Shown here piece by piece: positions 24,046-32,000 of a DNA stretch of 32,000 nt. The notes under the pieces are model-generated. The model was not told the DNA's origin. It worked only from the letters and a program-made list of their open reading frames with translations, and did not search any database. Numbering within the stretch: the stretch's first letter is position 1; the number at the start of each line of letters is the position of its first letter. This stretch comes from Faecousia sp. GTDB taxonomy: Bacteria; Bacillota; Clostridia; Oscillospirales; Oscillospiraceae. Made by a program: the position numbers and the translations under genes. The DNA lies in the NCBI GenBank assembly GCA_045654085.1, contig JAZOMT010000032.1, positions 70,182 through 102,181 on the forward strand, read 5' to 3'.

Positions 24046-24477
24046 ATGAGCATTCATCAGATCTCCGTATTTTTGGAAAACCGCACCGGTCAGCTCTCCG
24101 AGATCACCCGTCTCCTTGCAGAAAACCATATTGACATTCGCGCCATCTCCATCGCTGAGACGGCAGACTACGGTCTTGCCCGTATGATTGTGGATGATGC
24201 CCCCAAGGCAAGCAGCATCCTGCTGCAGCACGGTGACATTCTTTCTATGACCCCGGTTTGGGCGGTGGAAGTTCCTGACCGTCCCGCAGGTCTCGCAGAC
24301 CTTTTGGGGGTTCTTGCAGAAAGCCATATCGATGTGGAATATATGTATTCTCTCTTTACCCATCGTGATGGCTGCGCCTATATGGTCCTCCGTGTCTCCG
24401 ATGAGGAAACCTTCGCCGCCGCCCTCTCCGCCCACGGCATCAAGCTTGTCTCCGCCTCCGAACTGGGTCTGAAATAA
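24046..24477 (+). CDS. Stand-alone tandem ACT-domain protein (143 aa)
   Basis: QISVFLENRTGQLSEITRLLAENHIDIRAISIAETADYGLARMIV, and a second repeat AVEVPDRPAGLADLLGVLAESHIDVEYMYS. AAGGAGG lies upstream. Confidence 0.8.
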   Translation: MSIHQISVFLENRTGQLSEITRLLAENHIDIRAISIAETADYGLARMIVDDAPKASSILLQHGDILSMTPVWAVEVPDRPAGLADLLGVLAESHIDVEYMYSLFTHRDGCAYMVLRVSDEETFAAALSAHGIKLVSASELGLK

Positions 24478-24487
24478 CCAACTTACC

Positions 24488-24526
24488 AAAAAAAACACGC
24501 AGTGTAATTTACTGCGTGTTTTTTTC
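24488..24526 (+). terminator. Intrinsic terminator of the T-box operon
   Basis: AAAAAAAACACGCAGT-gtaattt-ACTGCGTGTTTTTTT. Confidence 0.85.
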
Positions 24527-24574
24527 TGCCCGTTATCGGCCTTTATTGGTACATTAAACGGCGATAAAAGGCAT

Positions 24575-24613
24575 AAAAAATCCGGTGCAAACGCACCGGA
24601 TTTATATTTTTTT
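24575..24613. terminator. Bidirectional terminator closing the minus-strand ABC operon
   Basis: TCCGGTGC-aaac-GCACCGGA, flanked by AAAAAA and TTTATATTTTTTT. Confidence 0.8.
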
Positions 24614-24803
24614 AGAAGAACAGGATGGCAAAAACTGCCAAAATGATCAGTATAATGCCCGCAACAGGCAGCAACATCAAAAGGGCACTGATGACCATTG
24701 CCGCAAAGTCGTTCTTCTCAAGACCACCGTTTGCCTCAATCTCATCCCGCAGAGCCTGTTCTTTTTGGGGGTCAAATTTCTTAAGCCGCTTGCTGAAAAA
24801 CAT
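24612..24803 (-). CDS. 63-aa tail-anchored small membrane protein, last gene of the ABC operon
   Basis: The ATG is 2 nt after the upstream stop, with GAGG 7 nt upstream. The charged N-terminal 35 aa are followed by AAMVISALLMLLPVAGIILIILAVFAILFF. Confidence 0.6.
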   Translation of the reverse strand: MFFSKRLKKFDPQKEQALRDEIEANGGLEKNDFAAMVISALLMLLPVAGIILIILAVFAILFF

Positions 24804-24805
24804 TT

Positions 24806-26443
24806 TTATGCCTCTGACTTGGCAGCCTTGTCGGTCTTGGGACGGTCGAACAGGTAATTGCCGTCCTCATCCAGCTTCCGATCCAAGAAATGGCAGGCTA
24901 CAAAGTGACCAGGCTCCACTTCCACATAGGGAGGCGGTACGCGCTTACACTTATCGCAAGCCATATAGCAGCGAGTGTGGAACTTGCAGCCTTCCGGAGG
25001 CCGGACAGGGCTGGGAATGTTACCCTCCAGCAGGATACGCTCCTTCTTCAGGGCATTCATATCGGTAGTGGGAATGGAGGACAGCAGCGCCACAGTGTAG
25101 GGATGGCGGGGATCCTCGAAGATAGTTTGTGCATCGCCCAACTCAACCATATTGCCCAAATACATAACGCCAATACGGTCGGAAATATAGCGGACAACGC
25201 TGAGGTCGTGGGAAATGAACAAATAGGTCAGGTTCTCCTTCTCCTTCAGCTCCTCCAACAGATTGATAATCTGAGACTGGATGGAAACATCAAGTGCGGA
25301 AACACATTCGTCACAGACAATAAACTTAGGCTTAACAGCCAGCGCTCTTGCAATACAGATACGCTGCCGCTGACCACCGGAGAATTGGTGGGGATAACGG
25401 TGCAGCATATAGCCCTGCAGACCGCACTGCTCCATAATATCCAGAATATATTCCTTCATTTGGGGGTCACCGGCCTTAAAGAACTTATGGGTGGTGAGAC
25501 CCTCGCCGATGATCTGTCCAACAGTCATACGGGGGTTCAAAGAAGAGTAGGGATCCTGGAAAATGATCTGAATGTCCTTACGGAGAATCCGCATCTCGGT
25601 GTACTTAAGTCTGCTCAGGTCAATGCCGTTGTCCAGCAATTTCTCGTACTCATCGAACCTTGCATCACCGACATGAAGAGCGCGAGCTGCAGCAACAGCC
25701 ACATCAGCTTCCTTCAGAAGCTTCTCCAACTCGTTCTTCTTAGGCAAAAGGGCATTCTTCTTAGCCTCCGCCTTCTTTGCCTTTTCTCGCGCCTTTGCGG
25801 CCTTTTTGGCAGCATTCTTAATAGCCTTATCTGCATCCAGTTCCGCAGCCAACGCGTTTTGGAAGGCGATTTCGCCATCAAAGTCACGGATCTGTTCATT
25901 TAGATCCACCAGCTTTTTACAGATTAGGTAGCGCTTGAGCAGCACTGAGGCGCCTTCTGAGGGATCCTCCAGAGCAGCGAAGCCGCCAAGCACACGGACA
26001 ACATTGCGGAATGCAGTCTCCGCTTCTGCAGCAGACAGGTTCTTTGCCTGATGCTGGAAGAAGGTAGCGCTCTCCCCTGCACCCTCAACGACCTTTGCGG
26101 CAGTCTCTGCCTTCGCAAAAAGCTTCTTGTAGCCAGCAATCATCTTGCGGGCATTTTTCAGGGTGCTTAGCACATACTGAGGGACAAAATCATCTAGCGT
26201 TCGGCCATAGTACATCGTACTACCGGCAGTCTGATCATAAAGCTGCAAAATGGTACGGCCTAAGGTGGACTTACCGCAGCCGGACTCACCAACGAGACCG
26301 AAGGTCTCACCATTGTGGATATCAATGGTGATCTCCTCGTTAGCGCGGACATAGAGCTGCTCCTTCTGGAAGATACTGCTCTTGGGAATGGGGAAATACT
26401 TTTTGAGGTTACTTATTGACAAGAGCTTTTCTGTGTTCTTCAC
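24806..26443 (-). CDS. Opp/Dpp-type ABC ATPase (OppF-like) with a large insertion between Walker A and the Q-loop (545 aa)
   Basis: GESGCGKST Walker A, then about 185 extra residues, then [22 protein letters not shown] ([15 protein letters not shown]), the Walker [12 protein letters not shown] and the C-terminal oligopeptide domain [12 protein letters not shown] chose the GTG start at 26443 (AAGGAGGTG 7 nt upstream). Confidence 0.85.
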   Translation of the reverse strand: MKNTEKLLSISNLKKYFPIPKSSIFQKEQLYVRANEEITIDIHNGETFGLVGESGCGKSTLGRTILQLYDQTAGSTMYYGRTLDDFVPQYVLSTLKNARKMIAGYKKLFAKAETAAKVVEGAGESATFFQHQAKNLSAAEAETAFRNVVRVLGGFAALEDPSEGASVLLKRYLICKKLVDLNEQIRDFDGEIAFQNALAAELDADKAIKNAAKKAAKAREKAKKAEAKKNALLPKKNELEKLLKEADVAVAAARALHVGDARFDEYEKLLDNGIDLSRLKYTEMRILRKDIQIIFQDPYSSLNPRMTVGQIIGEGLTTHKFFKAGDPQMKEYILDIMEQCGLQGYMLHRYPHQFSGGQRQRICIARALAVKPKFIVCDECVSALDVSIQSQIINLLEELKEKENLTYLFISHDLSVVRYISDRIGVMYLGNMVELGDAQTIFEDPRHPYTVALLSSIPTTDMNALKKERILLEGNIPSPVRPPEGCKFHTRCYMACDKCKRVPPPYVEVEPGHFVACHFLDRKLDEDGNYLFDRPKTDKAAKSEA

Positions 26444-27422
26444 TGCGGCGCACCTCCTTTTCGGGATAGAAGCAACGGATCTTCTGGCCGGGAACATTCT
26501 CCAGCAGCTCAGGCTCCTTCTCTAAGCATTTTTGTGTTGCATATTTGCATCTGGGCGCGAACTTGCAGCCCTTGGGCAGTGCCAACGGATGGGGCACAAC
26601 ACCGGGGATAGGCTCCAGCTTCTTGCCTACGCTATCGAGCCGGGGGATGGAGTACATCAAGCCCTCGGTGTAGGGATGGCTGTAGGGGCAGTCGGTAAAG
26701 ATCATAGCCGCAGAGGTCTGCTCGACTACCTGACCGCAGTACATAACGACCACATCGTCTGCCATCTCGTTGATAACGCCCAAGTCGTGGGTGATGAAGA
26801 TGATGGATGTGCCGTTATCACGCTGCAGGTCGTTCATCAGTCGCAGAATCTGGGCCTGAATGGTAACATCCAGTGCGGTGGTGGGCTCGTCGGCAATCAA
26901 AATCTTGGGCTTACAAGCCAGCGCCATAGCGATCATAACTCTCTGCCGCATACCGCCGGAGAGCTGGTGGGGATACTGACGGAGCACCGTCTCAGGGTTG
27001 GGAATCTGAACAGCCGCCAGCATTTCCAAAGCCTTCTGCTCCGCTTCCTTCTTGCTCATACCCTGATGGATCATAAAGGGCTCAGAGAGCTGACGCTTTA
27101 CCGTAAAGACCGGGTTTAAGCTGGTCATAGGCTCTTGGAAAATAACGGAGATCTTATTGCCGCGGATCTGGTACAGCTCATCCTGAGAGAGCTTTGTCAG
27201 ATCCTTTCCCTCGAAAATGACCTCACCCTCGTCAATATAGCCATTGCCGTCCAAAAGACGCAGAATACTCATTGCGGAAACGGACTTACCGGAGCCGGAT
27301 TCACCAACAATGCCGATGGTCTTGCCCGGCTCCAAAGAATAAGAGACATCGTTGACCGCTTTAACGATACCCTTACGGGTCTTAAAAAATGTGTGCAGGT
27401 TTTTCACTTCCAGCAAAGCCAT
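26409..27422 (-). CDS. Opp/Dpp-type ABC ATPase (OppD-like), 337 aa
   Basis: [47 protein letters not shown] and GCKFAPRC. Confidence 0.9.
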   Translation of the reverse strand: MALLEVKNLHTFFKTRKGIVKAVNDVSYSLEPGKTIGIVGESGSGKSVSAMSILRLLDGNGYIDEGEVIFEGKDLTKLSQDELYQIRGNKISVIFQEPMTSLNPVFTVKRQLSEPFMIHQGMSKKEAEQKALEMLAAVQIPNPETVLRQYPHQLSGGMRQRVMIAMALACKPKILIADEPTTALDVTIQAQILRLMNDLQRDNGTSIIFITHDLGVINEMADDVVVMYCGQVVEQTSAAMIFTDCPYSHPYTEGLMYSIPRLDSVGKKLEPIPGVVPHPLALPKGCKFAPRCKYATQKCLEKEPELLENVPGQKIRCFYPEKEVRRSEEHRKALVNK

Positions 27423-27440
27423 AGAGAATGCCTCCTTTCT

Positions 27441-29375
27441 TTATTTCTCTTGGCTGCTCTTGGGATCGAGAACATCCCGGAGCGTGTCGCCAATAATATT
27501 AATACTGATGGTTGCAAGGGACAGGAAGATGGCGGGGAATACCCACTGCCACCAGTAGTTCTGAATAACGATGGAGTTGTTGGCACCGTCGAGCATATTG
27601 CCCCAGGTGGGCTGAGGTTGCTGAACACCGAAGCCCAGGTAAGACAGGCTGGATTCCGTCAACAGACAGCCGGCAAAGTCCAAAGTAACGTTAACCAAAA
27701 TGATGGAGATAACATTGGGCAAAATATGCTTAAAGGCGATCCGGGTCTCCTTGATACCCATAGACTGTGCGGCAATAACAAATTCCTTTTCACGCTCGGC
27801 AAGCACCTGGGCGCGGATCATTCTGGCAAGGCCAGTCCAGCTTAAGAGACCCAACATAACCATAATAATGAAGATACGGGTAGTCTCGTCAATGGGCTGG
27901 GTACGAATGACAAAGGAAAGCATCATTGCAAAGGGCAGGAACGGAATGGCAGAGAAGATCTCGGTCACACGCATCAGTAGCATATCCACCCAGCCGCCAA
28001 AGTATCCGGAGATGCAGCCAACGATGATGGCAATAATGGTAGAAACGATAACGGCAACTGCGCCGATGGTCATCGTCATCTTGCCGCCGTGAACAATACG
28101 TGTAAATACGTCACGGCCGCTCTTATCCGTACCCATCAGGTAGCCCTTAAAGCCGGCCTTATCCGTCAGATCGTCATTTTCATCCACAAGATAGGTCTGC
28201 TTTGCACCGACAAAGATGTCATCAGCAGTCTTTCCGGTGAGATCGGTCTGGCCGTGGTCATTGTGACCCCAAGACATAACGGTGCCCTTATCGGTCAGCG
28301 CCACAAAGTGACGTGTGCCAGCCTTAACGGAAACGTACTTCTCTCCCTCGGGCGCAGCAGGTACATCCTTTTCGCCATACTGGGCAGCACCCCAGGCTAT
28401 GATACTGCCATCGCTGAGAACAACTGCATAGCAGTTATTCGTAGCCGCAATATCCACAGCAGTCTTACCCTCCAGGTACGCCTTCAGATTTTTAATCGTA
28501 CCGGTGGCGGAGTTGGTAGCAGAAACCATCTGGAAGGACAGCGTAGAACCGCCGGTAACCGTGCCGTCTTCCATCAGCATCAGCGCATAGTAGTTGGTCA
28601 GCGCCACCTTTTGGACGCCGTCAGAAAACTTTTCCGTGACCTCTGGCAGGCTCAGCATAGCATTTTTGTTGCCCCATGCATAGGTAGTGCCGTCTTTCAT
28701 AACTAGAACCGTACACTGGTAACCGCAAACAAGCTGCTGCACTTGATTGGGGTCAATGGTGCCGTACATCAACTCGTCGGGCATCTGAATGTAAGGATCG
28801 TCGGGACTGGCCAGCATACCGTACTGACCGTTGCCGTTATTGCCCCAGCCGACGACCTTACCGTCGGTAGTAATGGCAATAATATGGTCAGAACCGGCAG
28901 CGGCATGGGCAACCTTACCAGGCTGGATTTCAGCGGGGAAATCCGCATAATTGACACGGCTCAGGTTATCCACGGTATTGCCCCAAATATAGAGCGTATT
29001 GTCATTGCTGACACCCACTGTAAAGCCGCCAAAACCGCTGATATCTCGAATATTGTCTTGGAGTTCACTCGGCACCTTCAGAAATGTGTAGTTAGGCGCA
29101 ATGTTTGCCTGGAGCGGGTCTGTATAGTTCAAGTCCATAGGCCAGATTTCCGGGCCGATGAAAACAAACAGGAACAGGCTTACCAGCAAAACCAAAGCAA
29201 CTACTGCTAATTTGCGGCGGAAGAAAGCCTTAACTGCCATTACAGAGGGGCTCTCAATATTCTCAACAGCAAACCTTTCCTCATCGGTCAACTCCTTGCT
29301 TGCGCCAAAGAACATCCGCTTGCCCCAACGGGCAAGAGTAGAAAACACAGTATTCTTTTTTTCTTTATTCGCCAT
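27441..29375 (-). CDS. OppC/DppC-like ABC permease carrying an RCC1-like repeat ectodomain between TM1 and the conserved core (644 aa)
   Basis: TM1 is LAVVALVLLVSLFLFVFIG. Residues ~105-400 hold repeated motifs LYIWGN, VVGWGNNGNGQYG, TYAWGNKN, IIAWGAAQYGEKDVP and VMSWGHNDHGQTDL. The canonical LMGTDKSGRDVFTRIVHGG and the permease core follow. Confidence 0.85.
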   Translation of the reverse strand: MANKEKKNTVFSTLARWGKRMFFGASKELTDEERFAVENIESPSVMAVKAFFRRKLAVVALVLLVSLFLFVFIGPEIWPMDLNYTDPLQANIAPNYTFLKVPSELQDNIRDISGFGGFTVGVSNDNTLYIWGNTVDNLSRVNYADFPAEIQPGKVAHAAAGSDHIIAITTDGKVVGWGNNGNGQYGMLASPDDPYIQMPDELMYGTIDPNQVQQLVCGYQCTVLVMKDGTTYAWGNKNAMLSLPEVTEKFSDGVQKVALTNYYALMLMEDGTVTGGSTLSFQMVSATNSATGTIKNLKAYLEGKTAVDIAATNNCYAVVLSDGSIIAWGAAQYGEKDVPAAPEGEKYVSVKAGTRHFVALTDKGTVMSWGHNDHGQTDLTGKTADDIFVGAKQTYLVDENDDLTDKAGFKGYLMGTDKSGRDVFTRIVHGGKMTMTIGAVAVIVSTIIAIIVGCISGYFGGWVDMLLMRVTEIFSAIPFLPFAMMLSFVIRTQPIDETTRIFIIMVMLGLLSWTGLARMIRAQVLAEREKEFVIAAQSMGIKETRIAFKHILPNVISIILVNVTLDFAGCLLTESSLSYLGFGVQQPQPTWGNMLDGANNSIVIQNYWWQWVFPAIFLSLATISINIIGDTLRDVLDPKSSQEK

Positions 29376-29390
29376 AAATACTGCCCTCCC

Positions 29391-30422
29391 TTATTTATTG
29401 ACCCGAACACGAGGATCTACCAGGCCGTAAGCCAAGTCGATCAACAGGTTGCCGAAAAGTGCAATGGTAATATAGAACATCTGTAGGGCCAGCACGACCT
29501 CGTTATCGTTGGCCATCAGTGCCGTATTATAGGTACGGCCAATACCGTTGAGTGCAAAAATATTTTCGATCATCAGCGAACCGCTGAAAATGCCCAAGAA
29601 CCAGCCGATAATCAGGGTGGTGATGGGCAGCAGGGCGTTGCGCCATGCGTGGGAGTAGATGACCACTTTTTCCCGCAGGCCCTTCGCCCGGGCAGTGCGG
29701 ATACAGTCCATACTCAGCGCTTCGATCATAGAAGCCCGGACAAAACGGGTCATACCGCCCAGGGAGCAGAAAGTCATAACGATAAGCGGCAGAGCCAAAT
29801 GGTACATTCTGTCCCAGAACTGGGCAGAAGCAGACCATTCCAGCGAGCCTGCGGTCTGCATACCGGAGACCGGGAACCAACCCAAGACAATGGAAAACAG
29901 CCAAATAAAGACGATGGCAATGATAAAGGTCGGAATGCTGTAGCCAATTAGCGTACCGACCTGCACACCCACGTCGCTCTTACTTCCCCGCTTCACGGCG
30001 CAGTAAATTCCAAGGGGAATGGTAATTCCCAGTGCCAGAAAGGTGGCGAAAATATTAATAAAAATGGTGTTCTTCATCGGCTCTACGATAAGTTCAGCTA
30101 CAGGCTTGCCGTGCTGGGTAGACTCACCGAAATTGCCCTGAAGAAGGCCGTTGTAGCCGCCGTCTGATAGCTCCATCACGCCAAGCCAACGTAGGTAGCG
30201 CTCGAACTTGGTACCGTCCGTACCGTAGCGCTTTTGCCAGTACTCATAGCGCTCTTCGTAGTATTCCTTGGGATTAGGACCTTTGTAAGCCTTAGCTTCC
30301 TCGGTTGCTACCTGCGCTGCCTTATCGTTGGGCACCATATTGTAGATCATAAAGATCAAGAACGACAGGATAAAGAAAACAAGCACGATATAAGCAATAC
30401 GCTTTAAGACATACTTGCCCAT
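29391..30422 (-). CDS. OppB/DppB-like ABC permease (343 aa)
   Basis: MGKYVLKRIAYIVLVFFILSFLIF..., the EAA-type loop IRTARAKGLREKVVIYSHAWRNALLP, and LVDPRVR at the C-terminus. AAGGAGG is 7 nt upstream of the ATG at 30422. Confidence 0.88.
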   Translation of the reverse strand: MGKYVLKRIAYIVLVFFILSFLIFMIYNMVPNDKAAQVATEEAKAYKGPNPKEYYEERYEYWQKRYGTDGTKFERYLRWLGVMELSDGGYNGLLQGNFGESTQHGKPVAELIVEPMKNTIFINIFATFLALGITIPLGIYCAVKRGSKSDVGVQVGTLIGYSIPTFIIAIVFIWLFSIVLGWFPVSGMQTAGSLEWSASAQFWDRMYHLALPLIVMTFCSLGGMTRFVRASMIEALSMDCIRTARAKGLREKVVIYSHAWRNALLPITTLIIGWFLGIFSGSLMIENIFALNGIGRTYNTALMANDNEVVLALQMFYITIALFGNLLIDLAYGLVDPRVRVNK

Positions 30423-30516
30423 CAAAATCCCTCCTTTTCCGCCCCGGTGGGGCAAATTTTTCTGTTTGTACACTGTTAAAGGGAAAACGTTATGCTGCTT
30501 CAAACCCTCAGAACTT

Positions 30517-30587
30517 TGTAGGGCGGGGTTTACTCCCGCCGTAAATATATCCGCACCGAAGCGGCGGGACCAAGGCCCCGCCCTACA
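30517..30587. repeat. REP-like element (TGTAGGGCGGGG...CCCCGCCCTACA)
   Basis: Inverted termini with internal hairpins. It lies immediately upstream of the oppB-like gene. Confidence 0.7.
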
Positions 30588-30679
30588 GCGTTGTACGATG
30601 GTGCGACTGTAGGTAGTGAAGCAATATATCGTTTTCGATTTAATAATACTTTAAAATGAAAATGTTAATATCATACACT

Positions 30680-30822
30680 TTGCCGCCCGAGGGCGGCAAA
30701 ACGGATTTTCAAATTCGGTGGGGTGCGACGAAAGAACCCGCACCCTTTGTATATGCCATCGGGCAAAAAAATTTCAAGTGCTAAGTCCACCATAGGGACG
30801 GCATCCGGAAATGCCGTCCCTA
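30680..30822. repeat. Cluster of three further GC-rich hairpins in the binding-protein/permease intergenic region
   Basis: TTGCCGCCC-ga-GGGCGGCAA (30680-30699), GGGTGCG...CGCACCC (30721-30745) and TAGGGACGGCAT-ccggaa-ATGCCGTCCCTA (30793-30822, a REP half-element). None has a convincing U-tract on the minus strand. Confidence 0.6.
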
Positions 30823-30864
30823 CCGCGTTAGAATTTATTAGGTCTTAATTCGCAAACCCAAAGA

Positions 30865-32000
30865 TTACTTGTAGTTCTCCATATAGTCAGCAGCGTCACA
30901 GACGAAGCAGACGGAGTAACCAACAGCGATCAGCTCGGGATCGATGGTCCAGTTCCAGCTATAGTCATACATAGCGGAAGTGAAGCCGGTAGCAAAGTTG
31001 ATAGCGTTCAGCTTGGGAACACCATTGTAGCCGTTAGCCTCTCTCCGGTTCAACTCAGCGTATACGCCGGTGGTAAAGTCGGTGGAGATGTACTGAATGT
31101 ACATACCGATCTGGGTAGTAGCAACGGGGTTGGTCTGCCATGCAGTGATCAGCTGATCGGTAACAGTGTTGGGCTGAGTGCCGTACCAGTTGATAGCCAG
31201 AGGCATATAGTACTCACCGTCGATCTTAACGGTCTGGTACTTGCCGTCAACAGTCTTGAACTTCAGGTTATCCTCGGTCTTCTCGTAGCCGGAGAGCTTC
31301 TTGTAACGGACAGCATCCTTGCCAGCCTCAAAAGCTTCGCCCTTATCGTTGTAGATCCAGCCGCCTGCCTCCAGAACCTCGATAGCGGAGTCTGCGGAGT
31401 AATCGTAGGTGTTCAGCTTGATCTCGTCCTTAACAGCCTTGAATGCGGAGTAGCCTTCATAGTAGGGGCCGTGAACAACAGCGCCGTAGCCGCCGGTGAA
31501 GGTCTGAGCAAACTCAGGACGGTTGATGGTGTACATAATAGCCTGACGGACTTCGATCATAGCGGTGGGGCCAAAGTCAGCACGGAAGCCGATCTTACCG
31601 TAACCAGCACGGTCATAGTGGGTCTCAGCGTACTTGCTGGGATCGGACTTGACCAGCTCCAGAGCAGCCTTGGTCTCGTCGCCGCCGGTAACGCCGGCCA
31701 GAACGTCGATCTCGCCGTTCTTGAACATATCGGTCTGGGTCTCTTCAACCATCTTAATATAGGTGATGGTCTTGATGGAAGCCTTGCCGCGAGCAGTGTC
31801 GCCGGGGTAGTTGGGGTTCAGCTCCAAAGTAGCAACTTTAGTAGACTCGTTGTAATCCTTAACAATGTAGGGACCGGAGTAAGGCAGGGAAGAGTTCCAT
31901 TTCAGGTTGGCCTTGATAACCTCGACCATAGTGTAGACGTCAGCGCCGTCCTTCTTGGTCTTAGCGTAGAAGCCGTCGGACAGGCCAACGGAGCCGTCTG
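30865..32000 (-). CDS. ABC substrate-binding protein, family 5 (OppA/DppA-like). The N-terminus lies beyond the right edge.
   Basis: The track ORF starts at an internal Met. The same frame stays open upstream to position 32000 (...DGSVGLSDGFYAKTKKDGADVYTMVEV...). Composition and length are typical of SBP_bac_5. Confidence 0.8.
   Translation of the reverse strand, partial: DGSVGLSDGFYAKTKKDGADVYTMVEVIKANLKWNSSLPYSGPYIVKDYNESTKVATLELNPNYPGDTARGKASIKTITYIKMVEETQTDMFKNGEIDVLAGVTGGDETKAALELVKSDPSKYAETHYDRAGYGKIGFRADFGPTAMIEVRQAIMYTINRPEFAQTFTGGYGAVVHGPYYEGYSAFKAVKDEIKLNTYDYSADSAIEVLEAGGWIYNDKGEAFEAGKDAVRYKKLSGYEKTEDNLKFKTVDGKYQTVKIDGEYYMPLAINWYGTQPNTVTDQLITAWQTNPVATTQIGMYIQYISTDFTTGVYAELNRREANGYNGVPKLNAINFATGFTSAMYDYSWNWTIDPELIAVGYSVCFVCDAADYMENYK

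Noticed and set aside
22324-24498. A 724-aa minus-strand ORF, the longest in the window
   Set aside because: It is exactly antisense to iorB, paaK and the ACT gene, all of which have strong family motifs and RBSs. Its product is low-complexity and Gly/Ala/Val-rich with no start context. It is a codon-bias shadow ORF.
24528-24574. Imperfect inverted repeat GCCCGTTATCGGCCTTTA / TAAACGGCGATAAAAGGC between the two convergent terminators
   Set aside because: About 14 of 18 positions pair, with no U-tract and no associated gene. The evidence is too weak to assign a function.
24890-28706. Plus-strand ORFs of 195-337 aa across the ABC operon (24890-25903, 26532-27119, 27135-27845, 28089-28706)
   Set aside because: They are antisense to the OppF, OppD and OppC-like genes, which carry complete Walker, signature and permease motifs.
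9582-30822. The GC-rich palindromic repeats as a CRISPR array
   Set aside because: The copies are dispersed over 20 kb and are not regularly spaced. Their interiors differ, and they are internally palindromic with inverted termini. No cas genes are present.

Overview
The window looks like chromosomal DNA from an anaerobic Firmicute or Clostridia-type organism. The signs are AGGAGG-type ribosome-binding sites, a T-box leader, and dispersed GC-rich TGTAGGG...CCCTACA palindromic elements. The taxonomic call is inference only. There are four blocks.

(1) Positions 1-7300, minus strand: a phase-variable type I restriction-modification island. Its order is XRE-HTH, hsdM, a half-length hsdS, an inverted promoterless hsdS C-terminal cassette, a tyrosine recombinase, a second full-length hsdS, a small AT-rich two-transmembrane ORF, and hsdR, which runs off the left edge. 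Four copies of a 14-bp core, TAAACGATAATTTA, sit in the same codon phase. They make each hsdS a full-length/half-length inversion switch, and the two loci are caught in opposite states.

(2) Positions 7300-7750: a non-coding module. It holds a consensus promoter firing into a long hairpin, iterated TGACCA/GGACCA repeats, a tRNA 3-prime-end-like fragment, and copies of a direct repeat that recurs at 13831. I read this as an island border or att remnant.

(3) Positions 7780-18400: mixed housekeeping and accessory genes.
- DUF362 protein and a CPBP protease
- DegV with an in-frame TAA stop
- A hemolysin-III/MarR operon with a consensus promoter and palindromic operators
- Acyltransferase-3, GNAT, TIGR01440 and a DUF3892-like protein
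- A LytTR/DUF3021 pair
- ICMT-like methyltransferase, an HD hydrolase and a nitroreductase

(4a) Positions 18426-24526, plus strand: a T-box leader whose specifier I read as UUC (Phe). It controls an acyl-CoA synthetase, iorA, iorB, paaK and an ACT-domain gene. That fits phenylacetate salvage to phenylalanine by reductive carboxylation.

(4b) Positions 24575-32000, minus strand: an Opp/Dpp-type ABC operon. Its OppC-like permease carries an RCC1-like beta-propeller ectodomain of about 300 aa. Its OppF-like ATPase carries a Lys/Ala/Glu-rich insertion of about 185 aa. A 63-aa membrane ORF is coupled at the operon end, and REP-like hairpins are packed between the binding-protein and permease genes.

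Many long ORFs in the supplied track are antisense shadows of these genes and were rejected.
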